Shown: piece after piece, positions 9,918-24,532 of the stretch
How positions within the stretch are numbered: the first letter of the stretch is position 1
Layout of the letters: every line of letters starts with the position of its first letter
DNA from: Candidatus Dormiibacterota bacterium
Lineage (GTDB): Bacteria; Chloroflexota; Dormibacteria; Aeolococcales; Aeolococcaceae
Direction of reading: 5' to 3'
Length of the DNA stretch: 64,000 nt
NCBI GenBank assembly: GCA_963718525.1
Contig: OY970355.1
Location: 1,760,001-1,824,000 of the forward strand
Notes under the pieces: model-generated
The model's input: only the letters and a program-made list of their open reading frames with translations
Databases searched by the model: none
Told to the model about the DNA's origin: nothing
Position numbers and translations under genes: made by a program

Positions 9918-9938
9918 CGAACATACGTTTGCTATGCT
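9918..9938 (+). promoter_or_regulatory. LexA (SOS) box CGAACATACGTTTG next to a -10 element TATGCT, upstream of uvrA
   Basis: Matches the Gram-positive GAAC-N4-GTTY consensus and lies ~100 bp upstream of uvrA. Confidence 0.8.
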
Positions 9939-10028
9939 CTGACGCCATGGCTCTCGCCCTGACCCAACGTCTCCAATCCCCACGGCACAGGTTGGTCATC
10001 GACGCCACTTGGGTACGCTAGACGGTCA

Positions 10029-12947
<2,919 letters not shown>

Positions 12948-12948
12948 T

Positions 12949-12974
12949 CGCACCCCGTTGACACATGGGGTGCG
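12949..12974 (+). terminator. GC-rich hairpin just after the uvrA stop (terminator or operator)
   Basis: CGCACCCC-N10-GGGGTGCG perfect 8-bp inverted repeat; no U-tract. Confidence 0.4.
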
Positions 12975-12990
12975 CTAACGTGGTGGAACG

Positions 12991-13284
12991 ATGACCTCCA
13001 TGGACGGCGAGGATCGACGCCTGCGGCTCAGGCGTCTCGACGATTGCCTCGACGTGCTCGAGCAGGCGCACGAGCTCAACCTCACCGAGGTGAGTGAGCG
13101 CATGGCCGAGGCGTTGAGTGAGCGCGTGCCCACCGTGCACCCCGGCATGCTCATCGCCGATGCGATCGAGGAGGTGCTGCGCCAGCAGGAGCCCTACATG
13201 GTGCAGATCCGTCCCGAGGTTTCACGCAGGGTGCGCCGCCGGCGCGACCCGTTCGACGTGAGGCTGCTGCTCCAACGCCGCTGA
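12991..13284 (+). CDS. Small hypothetical protein
   Basis: 97 aa ORF with typical codon bias filling the uvrA-UPF0182 gap. Confidence 0.65.
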   Translation: MTSMDGEDRRLRLRRLDDCLDVLEQAHELNLTEVSERMAEALSERVPTVHPGMLIADAIEEVLRQQEPYMVQIRPEVSRRVRRRRDPFDVRLLLQRR

Positions 13285-13330
13285 GCCCACGGCGTCTGCG
13301 GGACGTTCCGCAGGTACACTCGGTGAACTC

Positions 13331-16300
13331 ATGAGTGCCTTCGGCTTCGATCCCGAGCAGATCTTTGCTCGGCGGCGGTCCCGGCCGAGGATCGTCAGGC
13401 CGCCGGGGCAGCTCCGGCGGCGGATCATCATCTTCGGCGTCATCGCGGCGATCGTGGTGCTGCTCATCGTCATTCGATGGCTGCTCGGGCTGCGCGCGGA
13501 ATACCTCTATTACCAGAGCGTCGGCCACACCAACGTCTTCTGGACGCCGCTGATCGCGCACATCGTCCTGTTCTTCATCGGCTTCGCCATCGTCGCGGTC
13601 ATCTTTGGCGCGGCGATTGTCGGAATCTCCTTCGCGGCGGCGAATCTCGACCGGCGCGGGCGCCGGATCGTGATGTGGGGCGGCGGGGTGATCGCCGTGC
13701 TCGCCGGGATCGCCGGCGGGTCGACCCTCTCCGGCGAGTGGCAGGACATCCTCGTATGGCTCCACTCGGTGCCCTTCGGGGCCACCGACCCGGTCTTCCA
13801 TATGGACTACTCGTTCTTCGTCTTCACGCTCCCCGCCATCGACGACTTCATGGGCCTGCTCTGGGGAGGGGTGATCCTCGGCGTGCTCGCCTCCATCGCC
13901 ATGGCGGTCGTCGCGATCACGGTGATGAACGCTCCCGAGGAGCTGCCCCTGCCGCTCGAGCCGCCGCCGGGGCGATCCCCGGAGGATGCACTCCGCTCGG
14001 CGGTGATCACGGGTGGCATCGGGGTTGCAGCCATCTTCATACTCGCCTCGCTCGGCGCCCACTTCGGCGTCTATCACCTGGCCACGAGCTCGCACATGAC
14101 CGGCACCGGCACCACCGGGACGCCGTACGTCGGCCTCGACGCGACCCAGCGTGCCGTGATCCAACCGGTGCTCGGGTTCCTCCAGGTCCTCGCCCTCGTG
14201 CTGGCGATCGTGACCCTGGTGCTCGTCGGGCTGCGCTGGCGGCGTGCGTCGACCGGCACCGCGATCGCCTTCGCGTCGATGCTCGGCGGGTGGCTGGTGG
14301 TCGCCGGGCTCACCCAGGGTGTGCCGGCAGCCGTCTACCAGGCAACCAGCGTCGGTCCCAATGAGCAGACCGCCCAGACCCCGACGATCGGCGACTACCT
14401 GACCACGAGCCGCTACGCGTGGGCGATCGAGAGCAGCGGATCGAATCCGCAAGTGGAGCCCCGGACCTTCGGACAACCTCACGCACCGTCGCTCACTGAT
14501 CTCGAGTCCGATCTCGGCACCCTGCAGAACGTGCGCATCCAGGATCCCACCCAGCTTCCCGACACCCTGGCGCAGATCGACCGCAGCCGCAGCTATCAGA
14601 CGTACTCGACGATCACCGTTGACCGCTATCCCAACGCCGCCACCGGGGGCGACACCGAGGTCATGCTCGGGCCGCGGGAGATCGCCGAGGGAGACGTCCC
14701 CAACGCGTCCTTCGTGAACACCTCGCTGACCTACACACATGGCTACGGCGTGACCGCGGTCTCGGTGAACGCCGTCGCCGGCGAGGGCAAGCCGCAGGTC
14801 CTGGTCGGACAGCAGCCGATGACCCAGGTCACCCCGGGCTCGCCACCCGACCTCTCGTTCGACAACTCCACGACCGCGGATCCGGCCATCTATTGCGGGC
14901 TCGACACGACCCAGAGCGTCGTCTCCGGCACCACGCAACCGGAGTTCAACTATCCGTCGGGGAGCGGCGACAACACCGTTCATGGCACCACCAGCGAGGT
15001 CGGGATCCCGATCACCAATCCGATCGACAAGCTCGCGATCTCCCTCGAGGATTTCGGCGGCTTCAACCTCTTCCTCAACAACTCGCTCACCGCCAGCAGC
15101 CGGGCGCTGGTCAACCGGCAGATCGCGACCCGCATCACGTCGATCGCGCCCTTCCTCACCGTCGACGGGGATCCGTACATCGTGGTCGATCCCGGCACCG
15201 GCCACCTCATGTGGATCGCCGATGCGTATGTCAAGTCCTCGCTCTTCCCCGAGTTGTACCAGCAGAGCGACGGCACGTCGTACATGCGCAACGCCGTCAA
15301 GGCGGTGATCGACGCCAAGACGTGCGCGATCACCCTCTACGCGGTGAACATGAATGAGCCGATCACCGCGGCGTGGAACGCGATCTACCCGGGCCTGCTC
15401 ACCCCGCTCAGCAACATGTCGACCTATCTGCGCTCGCATCTGCGCTACCCGGAAGACCTGTTCAACGACCAGGCTCAGGCCTACGCTCAGGTGCACATCA
15501 CGAGCCCAACCGTCTTCTACAACGGCAGCGACCTGTTCAACATCGCGCAGGTGAGCGTCAACGGGACCAACCAGGCGACCACTGCCTACTACGTCGAGGC
15601 GACGCTCCCCGGCACGAACAGCCCGCAGTTCGTGCTGCTTCAGACATTTTCTCCGGGCGCGAGCGGCGGTGGCACCACCGCGAACAACATGACCGCATGG
15701 CTCGCGGCTGAATGTGACTACACCGGCACGAACGAGCCCAAGCTCGTCTCGGTCCGTCTCAACAACGCGGACAACGTCCTTGGTCCGCTGCAGTTCGAAA
15801 ACAACATCAACACCAATCCGACGATCAGCTCGGAGATCACCCTGCTCAGCCAGCACGGGTCGACGGTCACGCTCGGCAACATCATCATCCTGCCGTTCAA
15901 CAACGACTCCTTTCTGTACGTCCGGCCGCTGTATCTATCTGCCGCGTCCAACGGTGGTACCGCGTTTCCACAGTTGCAGGAGGTCATCGTCGGCGACCAG
16001 AACGCCGTGCAGCAGGGCACCTCGTTCAGCGCGGCGGTCGCGAATTTGATCAACAACGGCCTGCCCGTTCCAGGCCTGCCCACCACCGGCACCACCACGG
16101 GGCCGACCCCGTCACCGTCGCCCACCACATCGCCGAGCCCGGGCACCACGCCAACACCCACCACCACACCGACCGGCACCATCCAGGCGCAGATCATCGC
16201 CCTGGACAGCAAGATCGTCGCTGACAACGCGGCTGCGGAAACGGCCCTCATGGCCGGCAACTTCACCGCGTACGGTGCCGACGAGGCCAAGGTGCAGGCG

Positions 16301-16360
16301 GACCTGACGGCGCTGCAGAAGCTGCTCGCCCAGCAGTCGCCGGCAAGCCCGTCACCGTAG
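13331..16360 (+). CDS. UPF0182 family membrane protein
   Basis: FGATDPVFHMDYSFFVFTLP, YTHGYG, IAPFLTVDGDPY, YMRNAVKAVIDA, HLRYPEDLF, LYVRPLY motifs; multiple N-terminal TMs. Confidence 0.93.
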   Translation: MSAFGFDPEQIFARRRSRPRIVRPPGQLRRRIIIFGVIAAIVVLLIVIRWLLGLRAEYLYYQSVGHTNVFWTPLIAHIVLFFIGFAIVAVIFGAAIVGISFAAANLDRRGRRIVMWGGGVIAVLAGIAGGSTLSGEWQDILVWLHSVPFGATDPVFHMDYSFFVFTLPAIDDFMGLLWGGVILGVLASIAMAVVAITVMNAPEELPLPLEPPPGRSPEDALRSAVITGGIGVAAIFILASLGAHFGVYHLATSSHMTGTGTTGTPYVGLDATQRAVIQPVLGFLQVLALVLAIVTLVLVGLRWRRASTGTAIAFASMLGGWLVVAGLTQGVPAAVYQATSVGPNEQTAQTPTIGDYLTTSRYAWAIESSGSNPQVEPRTFGQPHAPSLTDLESDLGTLQNVRIQDPTQLPDTLAQIDRSRSYQTYSTITVDRYPNAATGGDTEVMLGPREIAEGDVPNASFVNTSLTYTHGYGVTAVSVNAVAGEGKPQVLVGQQPMTQVTPGSPPDLSFDNSTTADPAIYCGLDTTQSVVSGTTQPEFNYPSGSGDNTVHGTTSEVGIPITNPIDKLAISLEDFGGFNLFLNNSLTASSRALVNRQIATRITSIAPFLTVDGDPYIVVDPGTGHLMWIADAYVKSSLFPELYQQSDGTSYMRNAVKAVIDAKTCAITLYAVNMNEPITAAWNAIYPGLLTPLSNMSTYLRSHLRYPEDLFNDQAQAYAQVHITSPTVFYNGSDLFNIAQVSVNGTNQATTAYYVEATLPGTNSPQFVLLQTFSPGASGGGTTANNMTAWLAAECDYTGTNEPKLVSVRLNNADNVLGPLQFENNINTNPTISSEITLLSQHGSTVTLGNIIILPFNNDSFLYVRPLYLSAASNGGTAFPQLQEVIVGDQNAVQQGTSFSAAVANLINNGLPVPGLPTTGTTTGPTPSPSPTTSPSPGTTPTPTTTPTGTIQAQIIALDSKIVADNAAAETALMAGNFTAYGADEAKVQADLTALQKLLAQQSPASPSP

Positions 16361-16380
16361 CCGGAGGCGGCCAGGAACCG

Positions 16381-17319
16381 ATGAGCGATGCGATTGAGAT
16401 TGCACCCGGGATCCGCCAGCTCGACACCCTGCTCGGCGGTATGGAGCAGCTCACCGCCGGCTTCCTGATCGACGGGCCGATGCCCGCGCTGGTCGAGACC
16501 GGATCACAGTCCAGCGTCCCCGCCGTGCACGCCGCACTCGATGCGCTCGGTCTCGGGCCCCTCGACCTGCGCTGGATCATCGTCACCCACATCCACCTCG
16601 ACCACGCCGGAGCGGTGGGGGACATCGCCCAGGACTTTCCCAACGCCACGGTGGTCGTGCACGAGCGCGGCGCCCGCCACCTCGTCGACCCGACCAGGCT
16701 CATCGACAGCGCCTCGCGCGTCTATGGACCGCTGCTCGACGGGCTCTACGGGCGGATGACGGCCGTCCCCGAGGAACGCCTCATCGCTGCCGGTGACGGC
16801 TTCCGGATCGACGTGGGCAACGGACGGGAGCTGACGCTCGTGGATTCCCCAGGGCACGCCAAGCACCACCACGCGGTGCTCGACGAGCAGACCGGCACGC
16901 TGCTCGTCGGTGACGCCGTCGGCGTCCTGCTGCCCGACCTCGGTGTGCTCCGGCCGGCGACCCCGCCGCCCGACTTCGACCTCGAGCAGGCGACCCACAG
17001 CCTGCATCGATTCGCGGAGCTGCGCCCCGAGCACATGGTGCTCACCCACTACGGCCCGGTGGCAGACGCGCAGGCCACGCTCGCCGAGGCCGAGGATATG
17101 CTGCACCGCTGGGTGGAGGTCGCCGAGCAGGTGATCGACAGCGCCGCCGACGCGGGAATCGACGACGTCGCCGATGCGCTTGCCGCGGCGTTCGCCATCG
17201 ACCCCGAGGGTCTGCCGCACGGGATCCGCGAAAAGGCAGAGGTCCTGAACGGCGTGCACAGCAACGCGGCCGGCATCGTTCGCTACCTGAGACAGCGAGC
17301 CGCGGCACCCGTCGAATGA
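16381..17319 (+). CDS. MBL-fold metallo-hydrolase
   Basis: THIHLDHAG, SPGHAKHH, LVGDA, THYG. Confidence 0.9.
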   Translation: MSDAIEIAPGIRQLDTLLGGMEQLTAGFLIDGPMPALVETGSQSSVPAVHAALDALGLGPLDLRWIIVTHIHLDHAGAVGDIAQDFPNATVVVHERGARHLVDPTRLIDSASRVYGPLLDGLYGRMTAVPEERLIAAGDGFRIDVGNGRELTLVDSPGHAKHHHAVLDEQTGTLLVGDAVGVLLPDLGVLRPATPPPDFDLEQATHSLHRFAELRPEHMVLTHYGPVADAQATLAEAEDMLHRWVEVAEQVIDSAADAGIDDVADALAAAFAIDPEGLPHGIREKAEVLNGVHSNAAGIVRYLRQRAAAPVE

Positions 17320-18383
17320 CCACCGCGGCCCGGCCGCGCGACCGGCTCATCGCCGCGGTGGTGCTGAGCGCGGTGATCGGCCTGGTGGGCGGCGGCCTCG
17401 CCGCCTGGGGCATCTACGCGCGCTTCGGGCCCGTCGAGCGGGTCACCCAGCAGACCATCGTCGGCTCCGGGAACAGCGGCACGCTCACCGCCGGCTCGAT
17501 CGCCACGGCGAAGTCGGCGTCGGTCGTCGAGGTGGTGACCCAACCGGTGACTCCGGCGTCGCTGCTCACCGGGCCGGCCGGCATCGTCGACGGCTTCGTG
17601 GTCTCGGCGAGCGGCCTGGTGGTGACGAGCATCCATGCGATCCAAGGCGCCGCCACGCTGCGCATCACCACCGCCGACGGTCACAGCTATCCGGCCACGA
17701 TCGTCCGGGCCGATCCGACCCATGGGGTGGTCGTGCTCCAGGCGGACGGGGCCCAGGGCCTGACGCCGCTCACCTTCGCGAGCGTGCTGCCGCGGATCGG
17801 TGACCTCGCGATCGGCGTCGCGCACGCGCCGTTCGTTCCCGTAATCGTGACCACCGGGACCGTGAGCGCGATCGGGGTCAGCGTCACGCTCTCGGGCAGC
17901 GCGCAGCCGCTCCGCGACGTGCTCACCGTCGACGCCATCCCGGATCCGCGCCAGGACGGCGCTCCGCTGCTCGACGGCAACGGCGACGTCATCGGCGTCG
18001 TCGTCAACGCGGGCAGCGCCGCCCCGGGTGTTGCCGCGCTGTCGATGACCGCTGCGGCGAACCTCGTGGTCGAGGCAACCGGCGGCAGCGCCACGCCGAC
18101 GCCGGGGCTCGGCGTCCAGGCGCAACTGATCGACCCGGCCACCGCCGCAGCAGCCGCGGTGCCGGTCGGCGCGCTGATCCTCTCGGTGACCACCGGCGGT
18201 CCCGCGGCAGTGGCCGGCCTGCTTCCCGGGGACGTGGTCACCGCCGTCGGGAGCACGGCGATCGACGCCGACCACCCGCTCGACCCGACCACGCTGGGGC
18301 TCGCCCCCGGTGAGCCGGTGACGCTCACCGTGTTTCGGGACGGGAAGTCAAGGACCATCCAGTTGACGGTCGGCAGCGGCTGA
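17316..18383 (+). CDS. HtrA/DegP-like (S1C) trypsin + PDZ membrane protein with degenerate catalytic triad
   Basis: N-terminal TM; GFVVSASGLVVTSIH; RQDGAPLLDGNGDVIGV in place of GNSGGPL; PDZ GGPAAVAGLLPGDVVTAV. Confidence 0.8.
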   Translation: MTTAARPRDRLIAAVVLSAVIGLVGGGLAAWGIYARFGPVERVTQQTIVGSGNSGTLTAGSIATAKSASVVEVVTQPVTPASLLTGPAGIVDGFVVSASGLVVTSIHAIQGAATLRITTADGHSYPATIVRADPTHGVVVLQADGAQGLTPLTFASVLPRIGDLAIGVAHAPFVPVIVTTGTVSAIGVSVTLSGSAQPLRDVLTVDAIPDPRQDGAPLLDGNGDVIGVVVNAGSAAPGVAALSMTAAANLVVEATGGSATPTPGLGVQAQLIDPATAAAAAVPVGALILSVTTGGPAAVAGLLPGDVVTAVGSTAIDADHPLDPTTLGLAPGEPVTLTVFRDGKSRTIQLTVGSG

Positions 18384-18411
18384 ACCCCCAGACCCGGCAC
18401 ACTGGAGTCTC

Positions 18412-20773
<2,362 letters not shown>

Positions 20774-20874
20774 AACCGGCCCGCAACGCGGCACGGGCGC
20801 AGTTCGTTACGCGAAACCGCCCGTGCAAGCGCACGTTGCACCGTCACTCGACAAGATTGACGGAGGCACTCTCG

Positions 20875-22065
20875 ATGACCCCGACTCGCGCCGCACTGGC
20901 CATACCAGCAGCACTGGTGGTTCTTTCCGGTTGCGGGATGGCGGCCGCACACAATCCCAAGACAACCACGGTTTCGGTGGCACTCCCCGCCTCCGCGCCC
21001 GCCATTTCACCGGAGCGCCTGACCCGGCCTCTGAAGGTGATCGCTGCCACACCCACGTACGTCGTCGCGACGGTCGGGACCGGTGGCAGCAGCGAATGGC
21101 TGGAGATCATGACCCCGTCGGGCGCGGTTGTCGCCAGGACCGAGATCAACCCGACTGAGACATGGATGACCGCGGCCGGGGCCGGCGGCGCGTACTGGAC
21201 CGCGAACGGCGCGGAGTACGAGCTCAGCGTCTCGGGAACGGTCCGCAAGCTCGGGGTCGTGCCGAGCGATGCGAGCAGCGTCCTCATCGGACCCGACGGC
21301 AGCTCCTACGCGTATGCAACCTCTGACACGTTGAACTCCGACCCGGGCAACTACTCGATCCGGAACAAGATCGTCGTGGTGCACCCGGGTGCCCCCGCCA
21401 AGGTGATCGGCGAGCGCATCGCGACCGCCGCCGATCCGTGGTCCGGGCAGTCCGGCTGGGACTACTACCTGGTGAGCTGGACGGATGCCGGCATCGCCTT
21501 TGCCCGCGTGCCGACGGGCGGCTGTGGCTGCCGCAGCTTCGACATGCAGATGCAGTCGGCATACTCGGCCATCATCGATCCCGTCTCGCTCGGCGAGACC
21601 ACGGTGACGGCCAGCACCTCGTGCCCGCTCAGTGACATCGGCCCGGCCCTCGAGGCGGTGTGCTTCGACGGCTCCTATGCGACGGACGCGATCCGCTTCT
21701 CGTCCGGCGCCACCGTCATCCACAACTACGCGCTCTCCGGCAAGAACTTCGCCGGCGACGCGCTGTTCTCCGATGACGCCAGCCAGCTCGCTTACATCAC
21801 CATCCCGATCACCGAGGATCAATGCAACGGTACAGGCGGGCCGATCACGGCGACCCTGCGGGTCATGAACGTCGCGACCGGCACCGTGGTGAGCCGCGCG
21901 ATGGGCGACTTCGTTCCCTCCGCGTGGGCCGGTGGGGTCATCTTCGGCTCCGTCACCTCTGCGTCCGGCGCCGATTCGTGGCTGGTCGGTGTGAACCCCA
22001 GCACCCTGTCGGTCACCCGCCTCAGCCCCGACACCGCGAATACGGGAATCGTCGGGATCATCTAG
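20875..22065 (+). CDS. Putative lipoprotein, beta-rich and Cys-containing
   Basis: GGAGG SD; signal MTPTRAALAIPAALVVLSGC with LSGC lipobox; CGC motif. Confidence 0.7.
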   Translation: MTPTRAALAIPAALVVLSGCGMAAAHNPKTTTVSVALPASAPAISPERLTRPLKVIAATPTYVVATVGTGGSSEWLEIMTPSGAVVARTEINPTETWMTAAGAGGAYWTANGAEYELSVSGTVRKLGVVPSDASSVLIGPDGSSYAYATSDTLNSDPGNYSIRNKIVVVHPGAPAKVIGERIATAADPWSGQSGWDYYLVSWTDAGIAFARVPTGGCGCRSFDMQMQSAYSAIIDPVSLGETTVTASTSCPLSDIGPALEAVCFDGSYATDAIRFSSGATVIHNYALSGKNFAGDALFSDDASQLAYITIPITEDQCNGTGGPITATLRVMNVATGTVVSRAMGDFVPSAWAGGVIFGSVTSASGADSWLVGVNPSTLSVTRLSPDTANTGIVGII

Positions 22066-22086
22066 CTCCTCCGCTACGCTGGAGTC

Positions 22087-23094
22087 GTGAGTACGGCTGC
22101 ACGCGGAGACGTGGCTGCGGAGAAGATGATTCGCGGCAGGAATCGCGGCCTCGAGTTGCTACGCGCAACCGAGGCCGCAGCGCTGTCTGTGGGTCGCTTC
22201 CTCGGTCGCGGTGACAAGGCGGGCACCCGCGACGCCGGTCATGCGGTGATGGAGGAGGCGCTCACCGGCATGCCCTTCGAGGGCCGGGTGGTCATCGGCC
22301 CCGAGGGCTCCAACAACCGGCTGACCACGGGCCGGACGATCGGTGCCGGTCGCGACCGGGTCGACCTCGCGGTGCTGCCGGTGGACGGCATCAGCCTCGT
22401 GGCGGGCGGGCTCAGCCAGGCGCTCAGCCTCGCCGCCGCGGCCGAGACCGGCGGGATCCTGCTGCCGCCGCCGGTCGCGTACATGCACAAGATCGCGGTG
22501 GGCCCGGAGGCGCGCGGCGCCATCGACATCGGCGACACGCCGGAGAACAACCTGCGCCGCGTCGCCTTCGCCATGAACGTGCAGGTGCAGGACCTCACCG
22601 TCGTCCTGCTCGACCGCCCCCGCCACCAGGCGCTGCTCGAGCGCCTGCGCGCGCTCGGGGTGCGCGTCGCCATCGTCAGCGACGGGGACGTCGGGCTGGC
22701 CATGATGGCCGCGTGGCCCGGCTCGGGCATCGACGTGATGATCGGATCGGGTGGGACGCGCGAGGCGATCGTCGCCGCCTGCGCGATGCGCTGCCTCGGT
22801 GGCGAGCTGCAGTGCCGGCCCTGGGTGCGCCACGAGGACGAGGCCGCGGCGATGCGCGAGGCCGGCTACGACCCCGAGGCGTCGTTGAGCATGGAGCAGC
22901 TCGTTCCCGGTCGCGAGATCAGCGTCGCGGTGACCGGGATCAGCGGTGGCGGCCTGCTCCGCGGCGTGCGGTATCACAACTGGTGGGCAGAGACCCACAG
23001 CCTGGTGATGCGCGCGCAGAGCGGCACGGTGCGCGAGATCATCGCCAAGCACCACGTCGCACTCCAGCCGGACGAGGCCCGCAAGGTCCTTTGA
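22087..23094 (+). CDS. glpX: Class II fructose-1,6-bisphosphatase (GlpX) homolog with degenerate active site
   Basis: RATEAAAL...GRGDK, YMHKI, LDRPRH, SDGDV, LLRGV; the GEGE and DPxEGT motifs are altered. Confidence 0.8.
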   Translation: MSTAARGDVAAEKMIRGRNRGLELLRATEAAALSVGRFLGRGDKAGTRDAGHAVMEEALTGMPFEGRVVIGPEGSNNRLTTGRTIGAGRDRVDLAVLPVDGISLVAGGLSQALSLAAAAETGGILLPPPVAYMHKIAVGPEARGAIDIGDTPENNLRRVAFAMNVQVQDLTVVLLDRPRHQALLERLRALGVRVAIVSDGDVGLAMMAAWPGSGIDVMIGSGGTREAIVAACAMRCLGGELQCRPWVRHEDEAAAMREAGYDPEASLSMEQLVPGREISVAVTGISGGGLLRGVRYHNWWAETHSLVMRAQSGTVREIIAKHHVALQPDEARKVL

Positions 23095-23978
23095 CGCCCG
23101 ACGCGGCGAGGGCGGAGGCACTGCTCGAGCCTCCCTCGAGAGCGCTTCGCGCGGGCATGTGGACAGCAAGCCTGGGGCTGCGAATGCTCGGCTCGGGCCG
23201 GTACGCCATCGGCGACGTCATCGGCACTTGCATCTATGCGGGGTCGCCCAGGAGCCGCAGGCGCTGCGCCGCCAATCACCGGCGCCTCGATCCGGCGCTC
23301 GACGCGCGGGGGGCGCGGCGCCGCGCGCTCGCGTCGTTTCGCAACTACGCGCGCACTTCGGTCGACTTCGTCTGGCAGTACGGGGTGCCGCCGCATGCGA
23401 TGCACCGGCATTTCCGCGCCTACGGGCTCGAGAACGCGCATCGGGCGATCGAGGAGCACGGCGGGGGAGTCTTCGCGCTCGCCCACTTCGGCAGCTGGGA
23501 CGTGGCGGCGTCATGCGGGTTCGCCTCGGGGCTGCGGGTCACCGCCGTGATGGCGCCCGTCGGCAACGACCTCGTCACCAGGATCGCCGCCTGGGCACGG
23601 CGCCGCCAGGACCTCGAGGTGCTGGTGTCATCCAACGCGGCGCGCGGGTTGATCAAGGCGGTGCGGAGGGGCAGGTTCGCCGCGATCCTCAGCGACATCC
23701 CCGAGCGCGGCGACACGGTGGCCGTCGATTTCTGCGGCGGCAGGGTGGCCTTCAGCACCGCCGCCGCGTGGCTGGGGCGGGTAGCGAAGGTACCGGTCAT
23801 GCCGGTGGAATGCTTTCGCCACAAGGGGCTGTATCGCCTGGTGGTGCACCCGCCGGTCGCGATCGAGCCGGGGGACACCGACACCGAGATCACGCAGCGG
23901 ATCGCGACGGAGCTGGAGGTTGCGATCCGGCGCAACCCGGAGTGGTGGTACCCGTTCGGCGAGATCTACCAGCCGTAG
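23091..23978 (+). CDS. Lipid/lysophospholipid acyltransferase (HtrB/LpxL/PatA-like)
   Basis: HxxxxD motif AHFGSWD, VDFCGG, IRRNPEWW; TTG start overlaps the glpX stop (TTGA). Confidence 0.8.
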   Translation: MTPDAARAEALLEPPSRALRAGMWTASLGLRMLGSGRYAIGDVIGTCIYAGSPRSRRRCAANHRRLDPALDARGARRRALASFRNYARTSVDFVWQYGVPPHAMHRHFRAYGLENAHRAIEEHGGGVFALAHFGSWDVAASCGFASGLRVTAVMAPVGNDLVTRIAAWARRRQDLEVLVSSNAARGLIKAVRRGRFAAILSDIPERGDTVAVDFCGGRVAFSTAAAWLGRVAKVPVMPVECFRHKGLYRLVVHPPVAIEPGDTDTEITQRIATELEVAIRRNPEWWYPFGEIYQP

Positions 23979-24023
23979 ATTCACGCGGCCGGCCGGTCAG
24001 AGGCTGGGTGCCGTTCCCCAAAT

Positions 24024-24066
24024 TTGCCTTGGAGGCTGTTCGGCTGTAGCATTGTCTTATGACAAT
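24024..24066 (+). promoter_or_regulatory. Leaderless sigma70-type promoter TTGCCT-N17-TAGCAT-N6-ATG with palindromic operator ATTGTC-N4-GACAAT
   Basis: -35 at 24024-29, -10 at 24047-52; inverted repeat 24051-24066 spans the gntR start codon. Confidence 0.75.
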
Positions 24067-24532
24067 AGATAAACCGGCCAGCGCATCGGCGTCACCGATC
24101 GAATTCCGACTGGACCCCGCCTCAGGTGTGCCCACCCACCTCCAGCTCGTGCAGCAGGTCGAGCACGCCATGCGGCTTGGGTACCTCAAGCCCGGCGACC
24201 AGCTGCCCAAGGTGAGGGACGCGGTCGCCTCGCTCGCCATCAACCCGAACACCGTGCTCAAGGCATACCGCGAGCTCGAGATCAAGGGCCTCGCGACCGG
24301 ACGCCCCGGTCAGGGCACGTTCGTCACCGCCACACTCAGCCAGGCCACGCTGCCCGAGCTGACCCGGCTTCGACGCTCGTTGCTCACGTGGCTGGCCACA
24401 GCCGACACCGCAGGGCTGGACGAGGATGGCATCGTCGCGCTCTTCACCAGCGGGCTTCGTGACTTTCGTGAACGTCGCGGGTCCGGCGAACGCCACGGCG
24501 CCGCGAACGGCGACACAGAAGGTGTCGCATGA
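24059..24532 (+). CDS. GntR family (YtrA subfamily) transcriptional regulator
   Basis: LKPGDQLPKVRD...AINPNTVLKAYRELE...GRPGQGTFV; short C-terminal domain; precedes an ABC transporter. Confidence 0.92.
   Translation: MTIDKPASASASPIEFRLDPASGVPTHLQLVQQVEHAMRLGYLKPGDQLPKVRDAVASLAINPNTVLKAYRELEIKGLATGRPGQGTFVTATLSQATLPELTRLRRSLLTWLATADTAGLDEDGIVALFTSGLRDFRERRGSGERHGAANGDTEGVA

Noticed and set aside
12958-12981. TTGACA...TAACGT promoter for 12991
   Set aside because: Spacer is only 12 nt and TTGACA lies in a hairpin loop
16075-16180. Repetitive ACC/CCG-rich tract
   Set aside because: Encodes a Thr/Pro linker in UPF0182; not a DNA repeat or CRISPR array
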